Positions 1-11,114 of a DNA stretch of 64,000 nt are shown here, piece after piece. The position numbers were made by a program, and so were the translations under genes. This DNA is from an uncultured delta proteobacterium. GTDB lineage: Bacteria > Desulfobacterota > Binatia > UBA9968. How positions within the stretch are numbered: position 1 is the stretch's first letter; each line of letters starts with the position of its first letter. The notes beneath the pieces are model-generated. The model was not told where the DNA came from. It searched no databases and saw only the letters and a program-made list of their open reading frames with translations. The stretch spans positions 1-64,000 of the forward strand of contig CAWJZV010000004.1 in NCBI GenBank assembly GCA_963847445.1. Direction: 5' to 3'.

Positions 1-40
1 TCTTCTTGCCAGACGCACTCGCGCCGCGCAGGTGAATAGT

Positions 41-69
41 TTGCACCGGGTATTTTGCCCAGTTATACT
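41..69 (+). promoter_or_regulatory. sigma70-like promoter of the TA operon, probably leaderless
   Basis: TTGCAC (-35) and TATACT (-10, 64-69); the ATG follows 6 nt later with no SD. Confidence 0.55.
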
Positions 70-75
70 TCGGGT

Positions 76-312
76 ATGAAAACAGCGATCTCGATCCCGG
101 ACAAGATTTACCGTGATGCGGAGCGGTTATCCCGCCGGCTGAAGAAATCCCGTAGCCAGGTCTATGCCGAAGCCGTGACCGAATACGTCGCGCGTCACGA
201 TCCTGAGGCCGTGACTGAGGCGATGAATCGAGTCTGTGAGGCCGTCGACACTCGGCCCGAACCTGCCATTTCTGCCGCGGCGAGACGCACCCTTGAAAGT
301 GTCGAATGGTGA
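76..312 (+). CDS. Type II TA antitoxin, ribbon-helix-helix (CopG/MazE-like)
   Basis: MKTAISIPDKIYRDAERLSRRLKKSRSQVYAEAV is a typical RHH antitoxin N-terminus; its end overlaps the start of the downstream PemK/MazF gene. ATG at 76. Confidence 0.85.
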   Translation: MKTAISIPDKIYRDAERLSRRLKKSRSQVYAEAVTEYVARHDPEAVTEAMNRVCEAVDTRPEPAISAAARRTLESVEW

Positions 313-649
313 TCGCCCAAGGGCATGTGTATTGGGCCAACCTTCCATATCCCACGGGTTCAGGTCCCGGTTTTCGCCGGCCGGTTGTCGTGATCCAAGG
401 AGATTCACTAAATCTTAGCCGCGTGAGGACAGTCGTCTGCGTTCCCTTGACGAGCAATCTTGCCTGGGCTGACGCGCCCGGTAACGTTTTTCTCGCAGCG
501 CGAACCACGGGTCTCCCCAAGGATTCTGTCGCAAACACTTCCCAGATCGTTACGCTCGATCGTGAGCTGCTCACCGAAGAGTGGGTAAGCTGTCTAAACG
601 CCAACTAGAATTAATTCTTTCAGGCATCGATATCATCCTCGGCCGGTAG
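306..649 (+). CDS. mazF: PemK/MazF family endoribonuclease toxin (1-bp frameshift near 580)
   Basis: GHVYWANL..PGFRRPVVVIQ..VVCVPLTS..GLPKDSVANTSQIVTLD motifs. An alternate frame continues VGKLSKRQLELILSGIDIILGR* to TAG at 647-649. Confidence 0.85.
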
Positions 650-683
650 CGCAGATAGCCCGCTCTTGGTTTTACCGTCGCAA

Positions 684-1652
684 TCATCGAATCACCCGAT
701 CCGCCCGCACCAGCACATTCGGCGGGATCGTCAGGCCGATCTGCTTGGCGGCTTTGAGATTGACGATGAAGTCGAACTTCATCGGCTGCTCGATCGGCAG
801 CTCGGCGGGCTTGGCGCCTTTCAAAATTTTATCGACGTAGGTCGCGGCGCGGCGGTAAAGGTCGGCGGTCGAAGTGCCGTAGGACATTAGGCCGCCTTCT
901 TCGGCGAATTGTCCGGTTGGAAAGATACCCGGCAGGCGATGCTTCAATGCCAGTTTAACGATTCGTTTCGAGTTGAGCGTCGCCAGCGGCGACAAAATCA
1001 AAAGCAACCCTTGGTCACGTGCTTTGGCGATCTTACCGAACGCGGAATCAAAATCTTGGGCGGTTTGTACCCTTACCGAATGCAGTCGCAGCGACAAGGC
1101 TTTGGCCGCAGCTTCAGCGTCCGTGAAGCCGCTGGCGTCCGCTCGTAGCGACCATAACGCGGCGACGGTTTTCATCTTTGGCACGGACTCTTTTAGAATC
1201 TCGAGACGCTTGCCGGTTAAATCCGATGCCATCAGTGTCAAGCCGGTGACGTTTCCACCCGGATTGGCCAATCCTTTAGCTAGTCCCGACTCCAACAAGT
1301 TGCCGCTGGTGACCACGATCGGCGTTGTGCTGGTTACTGCCTGGGCGGCCTTCGCGCTGTTCGACGCGGTCGTCACGATGACATCGACTTTGTCGCGCAC
1401 GAGTTCAGCCGTGAGTGCGCCGAGCCGATCTTCATTACCCTCGGCGTAACGGTACATGAGAATAATGTTCTTGCCTTCAACGTAGCCGAGATCGCGCAAT
1501 CCTTGTCTAAATGATTCCAAGTGCGGTTGATCCTTACCGCCAATAAACAGCACGCCGACACGGGCAAGCTTTCCGCCCTGTTGAGCTTCAACAATCGGCG
1601 CCAGCGCCAGAATCGACGCCGCCAAGATCCAGACAAAGCTTCTTCTGTTCAT
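684..1652 (-). CDS. ABC transporter substrate-binding protein (ABC_sub_bind/PF04392-type expanded family)
   Basis: Signal peptide; GLRDLGYVEGKNI, PGGNVTG, GGLMSYG, KILKGAKPAELPIEQP, AKQIGLTIPPNVLVRADRVIR. Likely start MNRRSF at 1652. Confidence 0.9.
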   Translation of the reverse strand: MNRRSFVWILAASILALAPIVEAQQGGKLARVGVLFIGGKDQPHLESFRQGLRDLGYVEGKNIILMYRYAEGNEDRLGALTAELVRDKVDVIVTTASNSAKAAQAVTSTTPIVVTSGNLLESGLAKGLANPGGNVTGLTLMASDLTGKRLEILKESVPKMKTVAALWSLRADASGFTDAEAAAKALSLRLHSVRVQTAQDFDSAFGKIAKARDQGLLLILSPLATLNSKRIVKLALKHRLPGIFPTGQFAEEGGLMSYGTSTADLYRRAATYVDKILKGAKPAELPIEQPMKFDFIVNLKAAKQIGLTIPPNVLVRADRVIR

Positions 1653-1693
1653 AGTTTTTGCCACCATTAGTAATAGCAACTCACGCCACGAGC

Positions 1694-2674
1694 CTATCGA
1701 ATCACCCGATCCGCCCGCACCTGCACGTTGGGCGGGATGGTCACGCCAATCTGCTTGGCGGTCTTGAGGTTGACGAGAAACTCGAACTTCGTCGGTTGCT
1801 CGATGGGCAGGTCAGCGGGCTTGGTGCCTTTTAGAATCCTGTCGACGTGGTGCAGCGCGCGCTGCAGGTTCTCCGCTTGGCTCGGGCCGTAGGCCATGAG
1901 ACCGCCGTCATCGACATAATGGGCGTTTTCATACATCGCCGGCAGCCGATTCTTCGCAGCGAATTCCACAAGTTGTTTCCGATGGGACTGGGTCAATGGG
2001 TCGGTAATGACAAATAGCGCATCCGGCCGCTTGTGCGTCATCTCCGCGAACGCGAGCTCGACATCCTTGGATTCTTGGACCCCGAATGCTTGCACCGTCA
2101 CCCGCATCGCTTTTGCTGCTCGCTCCAGCTCTCGGAACTTAAGAGTCATGCCAAAGTCCGCCGCATTCCAGAGCAGCGCCACGCGGGCCAGCTTGGGAAA
2201 TGTTTCTTTCAATAGATCGAGTCGTTTGCCGCTCAGCTCCTCTTCCAGCGCGCTCACGCCGGTAATGTTTCCCCCAGGCCGAGCGAAGCTGGCGACCAGC
2301 CCGGTCGCCACCGGATCGCCGGCCCCCATAATGACGATAGGAATAGTCGAGGTCGCCTGCTTGGCTGCATGAGCCGCCGGAAAGGACTGCGCGAGAATCA
2401 CGTCTAGCGGTAGTCGCGCCAAGTCAACCGCGAATGCAGGAAGGCGGTTCATCTGTCCACTCGCATAGCGAGGCTCGACGGCGAGGTTCTGACCTTCGAC
2501 GTAGCCCAACTTGCGTAGCCCTTGGTCCAAAGGTGCCGGTATCGAGGTCGGTGGCGGAGCAATAAAGGTCAACAGGCCTAACCGAGAAATCTTCGCTGGC
2601 TGCTGCGCCACAGCTGAGGCTCCATATCCCATCAATGTCACTGCGATTGCGATCAAACCAAGCGCGTCTTTCAT
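1694..2674 (-). CDS. ABC transporter substrate-binding protein (same family, tandem paralog)
   Basis: LGYVEGQNL, GDPVATGLVASFARPGGNITG, GGLMAYG, GTKPADLPIEQPTKFEF; GAGG upstream. Confidence 0.9.
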   Translation of the reverse strand: MKDALGLIAIAVTLMGYGASAVAQQPAKISRLGLLTFIAPPPTSIPAPLDQGLRKLGYVEGQNLAVEPRYASGQMNRLPAFAVDLARLPLDVILAQSFPAAHAAKQATSTIPIVIMGAGDPVATGLVASFARPGGNITGVSALEEELSGKRLDLLKETFPKLARVALLWNAADFGMTLKFRELERAAKAMRVTVQAFGVQESKDVELAFAEMTHKRPDALFVITDPLTQSHRKQLVEFAAKNRLPAMYENAHYVDDGGLMAYGPSQAENLQRALHHVDRILKGTKPADLPIEQPTKFEFLVNLKTAKQIGVTIPPNVQVRADRVIR

Positions 2675-2738
2675 AACACCTCCTCTAAAGACTGACCCGA
2701 TCCGCCATTGTTGATTGAAGCATTGCCTGTCGCCATCT

Positions 2739-2835
2739 TCACCGAACGACCCGATCCGCCCGCACCAACACGTTGGGCGGAATCGTCAGGCCGATCTGCT
2801 TAGCGGTTTTCAGATAGATGACGAACTCGAATTTC
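2739..2835 (-). pseudogene. 3' remnant of a third ABC_sub_bind paralog
   Basis: Minus strand reads KFEFVIYLKTAKQIGLTIPPNVLVRADRVVR*, matching the C-termini of the two neighbours; no upstream coding continuation. Confidence 0.8.
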
Positions 2836-2932
2836 GTCTGATGAAAAAGCCGGCTCAAAGATCACACCCCTCGTTGTGCACTTGGAAGGAGAACTAACTA
2901 ACGACTTCCGCCATCTTCCCGGCTGTTATAGC

Positions 2933-2947
2933 GCAGGAACAATGCCA
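2933..2947 (-). promoter_or_regulatory. Candidate sigma54 (-24/-12) promoter
   Basis: TGGCATTGTTCCTGC on minus strand (GG-N10-GC); inverted repeat TTTTGCTAC-N5-GTAGCAAAA at 3050-3072 could be an enhancer-binding site. Confidence 0.45.
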
Positions 2948-3119
2948 GAAGCGACTCATTCATAGATAATCCTAGTGAGCTGAGTTCACAAAGAAATTCT
3001 TTCACGAGACGGTAGCGCCGGGCGACCGGCAACGAACGGCGAGTAGTCGTTTTGCTACTCGGTGTAGCAAAAATGCAACAGCTAAATTGTCTGACGGACA
3101 GTCGGGCTTAAGGAGAAGT

Positions 3120-3790
3120 TACTCCCGCCAAGCCTGTCCTGAGTTTTTCGAGGAGCGCAAAGTGACAGGCCAAGGCTCTGTCATCCCGAGCGAATGCGAG
3201 GGATCTAATGAAGGATTTCTCTCTCCGTTCGAAATGACAACATTCACCCTTTGCGCCTTCGCGGGAGATATTCCGGTTTGTTGTTTATCCCTTTGCTATC
3301 CGTTGGAGTTTAGGTCACCAGCACAAATTTTGTAGCCACGCGACTGCCGCTCCACCACCCCAGGGCGTATGCAATACGCCCCTACAAATCCGACTCGAAC
3401 TTTGCGCGTTGGCGCCTTTGCGAGAGATATTCCGATTTTTTTTGGCCTTTGCATTGCAATAGCTCACAGTATGCGAAGCGTGCGCAAATTTTCCGGACCG
3501 GTGTCCATAAGTAGTCGCGCTCAATGAGAAAATCCATCTCACCACGAAGAACACGAAGAGCACGAAGTTCGGAGAAATAATTTTCCGACCCCTTCGTGTC
3601 CTTCGTACTACTATCCGTGACAGTTTGCGCGGCTTACGCAAATTTCTCGATGCGCTAGGTCCAAGAAGGCGGGTTTCAGACCCGCCCCTACGACTCCCGA
3701 TTCTTTTTTGCGCCCTTTGCGTTCTTTGCGGCCATTCTTCTATTCGGTTGCGGCTGTGCCGCGCTAGATTCTTTGCGGCCAAATCTCCGA
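3120..3790. repeat. Composite intergenic repeat mosaic (GTCAT-, GTAG-, CACGAAG- and CGCAAAG-type palindromes with junction motifs)
   Basis: GTCATCCCGAGC..GAAATGACA (3180-3240); GGGCGTATGCAATACGCCCCTAC; CACGAAG runs; 3481-3605 is a reverse-complement near-copy of about 58771-58895; left motif at 3746-3766. Confidence 0.8.
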
Positions 3791-5572
3791 ATCCGATTCT
3801 CTTCCTTGATTGCGCCGCAACTCCGCGGTCGCCGCGCTGTCGAGCTCAAACCGCCGTCCGTCTTGCCGGATCGCCACGCCATAGTCGCGCCGCGCCGCTT
3901 CGACGGAAACGTAACCCGAACGGACATCGACCAGCACTTTCTCCGCCGGGCGCTCGAACGCGATTCCAAAATCCGCCGCCACCGCCGGTTTCGATCGTGA
4001 AGCTGTCGCCGTTGTCGATTTCGGTGGGCTTGATTTTGCCCGTCGGAAAGGTCTCCACCGCGCCGTCTGTTATGGCTGACGAAGATTTGATTCGCCAGCG
4101 CGTCTTTGCCGCCGTGCAAGCCCCAGGGCGCGCAGATGGTCCGCTCAACATGGGCGTGGATCGTCGCCTGGCGGCGCATGCGCACTTCGTTGTGACACTC
4201 CCAGGCCGCCGCGAAACTTGCCCGCGCCGCCGGAGTCTTGGCGCAGCGCGCGATGCTCGACGATGATCGGATTTTTCGCTTCGGTGGCTTCCACCGGCGC
4301 GTTATGGGTGTCGCCGTCGTTGAGACACACCGTCGCGTTCATGCCGTCCTCGTCATGCTTGGCGCCCCAGCCGCCGCCGGGATGGCCGATATGAGACCAG
4401 AAAAATCGCCCGGTCTCGGGTCGAAGCCATGGGGATTGACCGTGCAGAGATCGGCGTAGTGGCCGGCGATGGTGCGCTCGGGACAGGCCGGCGCGAGGGC
4501 GCGAAAAAGCGTATCGCACACGGTCATCGGCACGGTCATCCAGACCCGCACCGGCGCGGGCTTGACCGCGCTAATGACCCGGCCGAGGGGCAGTATAATT
4601 TTTAACGGCCGAAACGAACCATCGTTGATCGGCAGCAACATGGGCGTGGTAATGCACTTGAAAACCACTTCGGCAGCGGAGCGGCCCGCCGTGATACCCG
4701 AATTATAGTATCCCGCCACCTGCGGGCTGACATTGCTCAGAGTCGATGGTCATCTCATCGTCGTTGACCTCGACGCGCACGTGGATCGGGATATGTTTGC
4801 CGAGATTGACGCCGTCGTCGTCCATGAACGACTCGGCCTCATAGACGCCGTCGGGGATCTGGCGCACGGCCGCGCGGGCGAGTTTCTCGCTTTGTTGGTA
4901 AATCAACTGAATGCTGTCTTTGAAAACCTTATTGCCGTAGCGCCGTAAGATATTCAGGACACGCCGCTCGCCGGTGCGGATCGATGCGAGCTGGGCGCGC
5001 ATATCGCCCATGGCGCTTGCGGGCACGCGCACGTTGGCCTTGATGATTGCGGTGATCTCGGGATTTTCCACGCCCTGGCGAAAATGCTTCACGAAAGGCA
5101 TCTGCAACCCTTCGGAGAAAATATCCCGGGTCACCCCGCCTAGCTGCCCGCCGATATCCTGCCAGTGCGCCATCGACGAGGAGTACGCCACCAATTCGCC
5201 GTCGTGAAAAATCGGCAGCGTGTAGATCATGTGGTTGAGATGGCTGCCCATGATGTAGCTGTCGTTGGTGAGCAAGATATCTCCGGGATCGAATATTGTC
5301 TCTGCCCCAGTGAGCGATCTTCGCCTTGATCGCATCCGACAACCCACGGACAAACATCGGCAGGCCAAGGCCGATGGAAATGGTATTGCCATCAGCATCG
5401 AACAGTCCGACGGTGAAATCCTCAGCCTCGTAGATGATCGTGTGATACGCCGTGCGCATCAGGTTGGTTTTCATCTCGCCGGTGATCGCGACCAGCGCGC
5501 TACGGATCACCTCGGCGGTGAACGCGTCAACCCCGGCCTCGCTGGGCGAGGCATTCAAATTTCAGATTCCAT
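3764..5572 (-). CDS. Hydantoinase B/oxoprolinase family protein (several frameshifts)
   Basis: Consecutive fragments: AEVIRSAL..RTAYHTIIYEAEDF; PGDILLTNDSYIMGSHLNH..HWQDIGG; GGWGAKHDEDG; RQDSGGAGKFRGGLG; ETGGGGG; VRSGYVSVEAARRDYGV. Confidence 0.85.
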
Positions 5573-5640
5573 ATTCCAGAACTCGATCCGAATAACGGTT
5601 TGAACGACTTGAACGTTTTGAACGGCTTGAACCGCTCGCC

Positions 5641-7699
5641 TCATAGAGAGCTATTCAACTGCATGACGAGATGTCCGTATTCATTCACCGTAACCAAATC
5701 CCCCGGCTCCACCACCGTCGTCGACGCCACCTCTTCGATGATCGCCGGACCGGGATGACGTTGCCTTGCAGTAGTTGGTCGCGATCGAACACCGGCGCTG
5801 ACATGGCGCCGGCGGCATCGAAGTTCACGGTGCGCTCGCCGCGTCGCGCCGCGTCCGGCGGCGCAGCCTCGCCTTTTGGCGATCTGCGGAAACACCGGCT
5901 TATTCAACCGGCCGATCGCCGACACGCGCAGGCTGACGATATCGGCGGACTCTTCCGGCGCGCTGTGGCTGTAGCGCAGATCATGGGCTTCGTCGAAGCG
6001 CCGCTTCACTTCGGCGCGGGCCGATTCATCGCCGACGGCGGCCGGCATGCCGACCGCGACCGCATGTTCCTGGCCGACGTAGCGCATGTCGGCGGCGCGT
6101 TCGAAGGCGATGCGATCCAGGGCGATGCCGGAGTCGAGCAGTGCCTTGCGGCCTTCGTCTTCCAATGCTTTGAACTGCGCTTCCAGCTCGCTCATCGCCA
6201 AGTCATCCAAGCGCTCGAACAACGTCTGGACATAATCGCGGCGCAGGTCGGCCATGAGCATGCCGAGAGCTGAGAAATGACCCGGCGCGTTGGGGAATGA
6301 TGATCTTGCCGATGGACAGTTCCTTGGCCACCGAAGCCGAATGCAGCGGCCCGCCGCCGCCGTAGGCGACCAGGGTGAAATCGCGCGGGTCGAGACCGCG
6401 CTCCAGTGTCACATGGCGCACGGCGTTGGCCATCGCCGAGGTCGCCACTTGCAACATGCCGGCGGCCGCCCGCTCCAGCGTGACGTTGAGCGGCTGGGCA
6501 AGTTTTTCGTGCAACGCCGCTTCCGCCGCGCCGCGATCCAGGCGCATCTCGCCGCCGAGAAATCGTTCCGGCGACAAGCGGCCGAGCACCACGTTGGCGT
6601 CGGTCACCGTCGGTTCTTTGCCGCCGCGGCCATAGCTCGCCGGTCCCGGCTCGGCGCCGGCGCTCTTGGGACCGACATGCAATCCGCCGCCTTCGTCGAG
6701 AAATGCGATGCTGCCGCCGCCGGTGCCGACCTCGACGATGTCGAGGACTGGAATACGAATCGCCAAACCTTCGTTGTAACCGCCGATAAAATAATCCGGC
6801 GACAGGCTCGGCTCGCCGCGCCGAATCACGCAGGCCTTGGCCGTCGTGCCGCCCATGTCGAAGGCGATGGCCGCGTCGAGATCGAGGGTCTCGCACAGCG
6901 CCATGGTGCCGACCACACCGCCGGCCGGCCCCGACTCCATCATTTGAATGCATTGGCGGCGCGCCATCTCGACATCCGACAGGCCGCCGTTGGACTGCAT
7001 GATCATCAAATTGCCGGCGAACTTGTTTTGCTTTAAGCGCCGCTCGAGATCGCCGAGATACTGGCTCACCTTGGGGCCGACGTAGGCATTGGCCGCCACC
7101 GTGGAAGTGCGCTCGTACTCGCGATACTCGCGCGACAATTCGTGCGACACGCTGACAAAGAGATTGGGCTCGGTTTCGAGCAAGATATCGCGCATGCGGA
7201 TCTCATGCTCCGGCGCCCGATAGGAGTGTAAAAACAGCACTGCGACCGCTTCGAAACCTTCGTCCTTGATAATGCGCGCCACCTCGCGCGCCTCCATTTC
7301 ATCGAACGGCGTGCGCACCGAGCCGTCGGCGAGCATGCGCTCGGTCACTTCGAAAATATCTTCCCGCGCCACCAGCGGCCGGTGCTTGCGAAAGCGCGGA
7401 TTGAACGACTCCGGCCGGTTGATCCGGCCGATCTCGTAGACATCGCGAAAGCCCTTGGTCGTCACCAGCGCGGTCTTCGCGCCCTGGCGCTCGATCACCG
7501 CATTGACGACCACGGTGGAGCCATGAATCAACGTCGTCATCTCGTCAAAGCGCACCGCCGCCTTGGTCAAGCCATCGAGCACGCCGCGCGCCAACTCCGC
7601 CGGCGTCGATAACGTCTTGGCCAACGACAGATCGCTTCTAGCCTCGTCGAATACCACCACGTCGGTAAACGTCCCGCCGATATCAACTGCTACACGCAA
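5641..7699 (-). CDS. Hydantoinase A/oxoprolinase (N-methylhydantoinase A) family, frameshift near 6280
   Basis: VDIGGTFTD, EYREYERTST, ESGPAGG, DMGGTT, GPKSAGAEPGP, YGGGGPLH; C-terminal DMRYVGQEH in ORF 5641-6261. Confidence 0.9.
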
Positions 7700-7881
7700 A
7701 ATAACCCCCGCTCGATTTTGGATTTTCGATTGCCGATTTTGAATTATCGGAATGGGAATCGGCAGAACTGAATCATGGGCTGTTAGAGTCTTACTTTAGC
7801 AATCTGGTGAATTGACCATGAAGTGATGCTCACCCCGAAGACGCGGGACAATCGAAAAATTGACCGGAGAAAACGCCCGCT

Positions 7882-8091
7882 CTAGGTCAATATGAGATTT
7901 TCGGTGGAGAGATTGAAGATATCGGCTGAAGCGTAACGTTTCGACGCGCTCAACACTTCCAGACCGATCAGTCGGTCCTGGTCGTCGAAGTCGAGGTTTA
8001 CGCCGTCGGAGACCTCCTGGGTTCGGGCAACGTCTTTTTCCTGAATCCTGATGTAAAGCGCGTCTACTTCTTTATCGTATTCGATCTTCAT
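7882..8091 (-). CDS. DUF2283 (YuzE-like) protein, putative antitoxin
   Basis: MKIEYDKEVDALYIRI..VNLDFDDQDRLIGLEVL is the DUF2283 signature. Confidence 0.85.
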   Translation of the reverse strand: MKIEYDKEVDALYIRIQEKDVARTQEVSDGVNLDFDDQDRLIGLEVLSASKRYASADIFNLSTENLILT

Positions 8092-8093
8092 CG

Positions 8094-8318
8094 CTAGGCG
8101 CTCTCTTTCTCGATCACTGTGATCACCACGATATTCCCTTTATCTTCGACGTAAGTTGCTTTGAGCAACCGGTCGCCCAACAATTTGTAAGCATTGACTC
8201 GCCCGTCCAGGCTTTGTTCGACGCGATCCGGAGCTTCGAACACTCTCACGGCGTCCGCTTCGGACACTCGGCGCCATTTCATTTGTCGCCGCGCGTGTCT
8301 GCTAAATATGATCGCCAA
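8094..8318 (-). CDS. DUF4258 family protein, putative RelE-like toxin
   Basis: IIFSRHARRQMKWRRVSE..IVVITVI; directly upstream of DUF2283, a common pairing. Confidence 0.75.
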   Translation of the reverse strand: MAIIFSRHARRQMKWRRVSEADAVRVFEAPDRVEQSLDGRVNAYKLLGDRLLKATYVEDKGNIVVITVIEKESA

Positions 8319-8510
8319 CCGAATACCTCGACGAAAGTGGAACGATGATAGGTCAATCGGAATACAACTGCAATTGTCGAGAATATGTTCCCATCGACTC
8401 CGCTTTTATAAATTGTTCGCGTCGTTCATTCTACCTGGATCAATGAACGGCTCCTGACCCTGGTTCTTTCCTCTGTCCGGCTCCTCGTCACTCCATCATT
8501 CCAGACGGCA

Positions 8511-8853
8511 TTATCCGCACCGATGATTCGCCAGATATTCGCCCAGCCACTTATTCCAAGCCAGATCTATCTCGTGCAGCGCCGCCACATGGCCATCATC
8601 GCCGCGCTCGGTTTCAACCAAAGAAATGACCCGGAGATCGACCTCGGCGAGATGCGGATCGGCGCAAAAGTGATCGCGCACAACCACCGTGCCTTCAGCT
8701 TCCAACTCGGCCAATGCCCGCTCCATCTCCTCCTTACCGACGTTGAATCGCCGCAGCCCAGCCACTAACTCAGTCGCAAAACGCGCCTTCTTGCCTCGCC
8801 CACCGAGTAGATCGACGACGGCTTGCTTGGCGCTGGCCAGTTAAGTCTGCCAT
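8511..8853 (-). CDS. Hypothetical protein (probable 1-bp insertion near the 5' end)
   Basis: ORF 8511-8765 extends in frame upstream (ASAKQAVVDLLGGRGKKARFATELV); ATG at 8853 needs one base removed. Contains HFCADPH and ends NHRCG. Confidence 0.55.
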
Positions 8854-8994
8854 TCGCTCTGTCTCGATTCATGACGTCTACAATCTCTCGGATTGCCAGG
8901 ACGCCATCCTCGATCCTCAATCATCGATCCTCGACCCCGGTCCTGCCAAAACTCCAACACTCCATTACTCCAGCACTCCAATTCGCAGTTGCTT

Positions 8995-9976
8995 TCACTG
9001 CACCTTGTACCCAAGCTCCTTCGCCACTTCTTTGGCGATGCGATCGTCGGCGATCTCGTCGAACGCGACCTTGCGGTCGGTGAACTGGCCGGCGGCTTGG
9101 AGCGATTTCATGATCAAGTCCATGCCCTCATGGCTCGGCACTCCGCTGCCGCTGACGGTCTTCTTAAGCGCCGCGAAGGTGTCCTCAGCCGCCTCTTTGT
9201 CGACCTTCAAGTACTTCAATATTAAGGCCGTGGCCTTTTCCTTGGAGCGCAAGACTTCTTGCTTGGCCAGCTGCATCGAGCGCAGCACGCGCTTGACCTC
9301 GTCGGGGCGATTGCGAATGGTCGAAAGCATGGTCGTCAGGCCGCCCAGCGGCATCTTCACTTTTGCGCCGACGTCGAGCACTTCGCGGAACTTTTTCTTC
9401 TTGGCGTAGAAATCGAACGGCGGGCTGAACATCGCCGCGTCGACCGTGCCGGTCTCCAGCGCCGGCAACTGCTGCGGCGCGCCCAAGCACGACGTAAACG
9501 AAATTCTTGGGGTTCTCACCGGCGGCTTCCAAGGCGATCTGCAGCGCCACATGGGAGGTGCCGCCGAGGCCGGTGATGCCGATTTTTTTGCCGCGCAGAT
9601 CGCGCAGATTGGCGATCTCTGGGCGCGCCATTAGCGAATAGATCAGCTGATCCGAGGCGAACCAGACGCCGCGCGACGGCATGCCGCGCAAAGTCGCGCT
9701 CACCGACGCCGGACCGACGCCGGAAAAATATTGAATCTCATTGGCCATCAACGCCATGTTGCCGATCTGCGAGCGGATCTGGACGATCTCGACGTGCAAG
9801 CCATTCTCCTCGAAGATCTTCCACTGAATGCCGCCATACAACGCCAGACAGCAAATGCCGCCGCTCGGATAGGCAATCCGCACACGGGTGAGCTTATCCT
9901 GCGCCGGTCGCCGGCATACTCGCCAAAGCAACGAGCAAAACAAAGCCAGTTCGATCCAAATTCGGGTCGTCTTCAT
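8995..9976 (-). CDS. NMT1/SsuA-type ABC substrate-binding protein (frameshift near 9490)
   Basis: VRIAYPS, LRGKKIGITGLGGTSH, ALETGTVDAAMFSPP; split over ORFs 9185-10045 and 8995-9552. Confidence 0.85.
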
Positions 9977-10064
9977 AGCGATCTCCAATCTCGCGCTCGC
10001 AAAAAACATCCGTTTAAATTTCTGGCGAAATTCTCCATTATCCATTTTCCATTATCCATTCTCT

Positions 10065-11061
10065 CATACCGATACCGCTTGGCCATCTCGTCGAAAAACT
10101 TCTCGTTCTCCAATTCCTGCAACAAGCTCAAGTCGACGAACTGTTCCGGCTTGGCCGTTTTCGCCTGCGCCAACTGCGGTACGGACATGTCGACGAGATT
10201 TTGAATGCCCTTCATGGTCGGATAAGGTTTCTTCGGCGTGCGCTTCAAATAATGCTGGTAGGAATAATCGAGCACCTCGGCATCGTTGGTGCGCATGTAT
10301 TTGGCCAAAGTTTTCACCGTCGCTGCTTTGTTGGCGAAAACAAAATAAATCCCTTCGACATAGGCTTTGAGCGCCGACTTGACGCTGTTGCGATGGCTCT
10401 TGATGTAGCTGCGCGAGGTCGCCAAGCCGCTGCCCTGAACTTCGAAATCGAGATCGGCCATTTGAATGATTTCAACAAAGCCCGCCTTTAGAGCTTGCGG
10501 CACTTCTGATGGGTTGAAGAATGTCGCTTCGATTCTTCCGGCGCTCATCGCGGCGAGCCGTTCCGGCCCGGTGCCGGTCGGGACGAAGGTCACGTCCTTG
10601 TTGGGTTCCAGATTGAATTTCTTAAACAGAATCAGCGCGGCGTTATGCGTCGCCGAGCCGAAGCCGCTGATGCCAAAGCGTTTGCCCTTGAGCTGCTCCA
10701 TGCGCGACATCGTTCCCGGACGAGCCATCACGCTCTGATCGTAGGAGTTTTCCACCGCGCCGACGAGCACGATGTCGTGGCCCTGAAGATTGGCGACGAT
10801 GACATTGCCGACGGTCATGAGCGGCGGATCGCCGCCGGTCAACGCCTGGATCGCCACCTGCCCGCCGCGCAGAAAGATCAGCTCGACATCGAGACCATAT
10901 TTTTTAAACAACCCCTCATCCTTGGCGACCCAAAGCTGCGCCTGGCGCGAGCTGATCGAAGGATAGCCGACGCGGAGCTTTTGCAGCGGCTGCGCCGAGG
11001 CAGGCAGCACAAACCAACCCGTAAGCAACATAACGATCGGCAGCGCCAAGTAAGGTTTCAT
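10065..11061 (-). CDS. NMT1/SsuA-type ABC substrate-binding protein
   Basis: LRVGYPSIS..GLFKKYGLDVELIF..KGKRFGISGFGS. The paralog at 52059 ends EMAKRYQ*, so the true end is probably EMAKRYR near 10070 and the run-on into the repeat is likely an indel artefact. Confidence 0.88.
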
Positions 11062-11114
11062 AAGGTTACTCTGATGTATGCCATCGACAATAAACCGTCA
11101 AATGAGCGCAACCT

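Noticed and set aside
3540-3610. CACGAAG runs, and TTTGCGCC runs at 46900, as a possible CRISPR array
   Set aside because: Units are 7-9 nt, lack unique 30-40 nt spacers, and no cas genes are present.
3315-3782. ORFs inside repeat mosaics (also 11200-11586, 35153-35419, 37080-37439, 58850-59317)
   Set aside because: Translations of palindromic repeats; their similarity to one another comes from the DNA repeat, not protein conservation.
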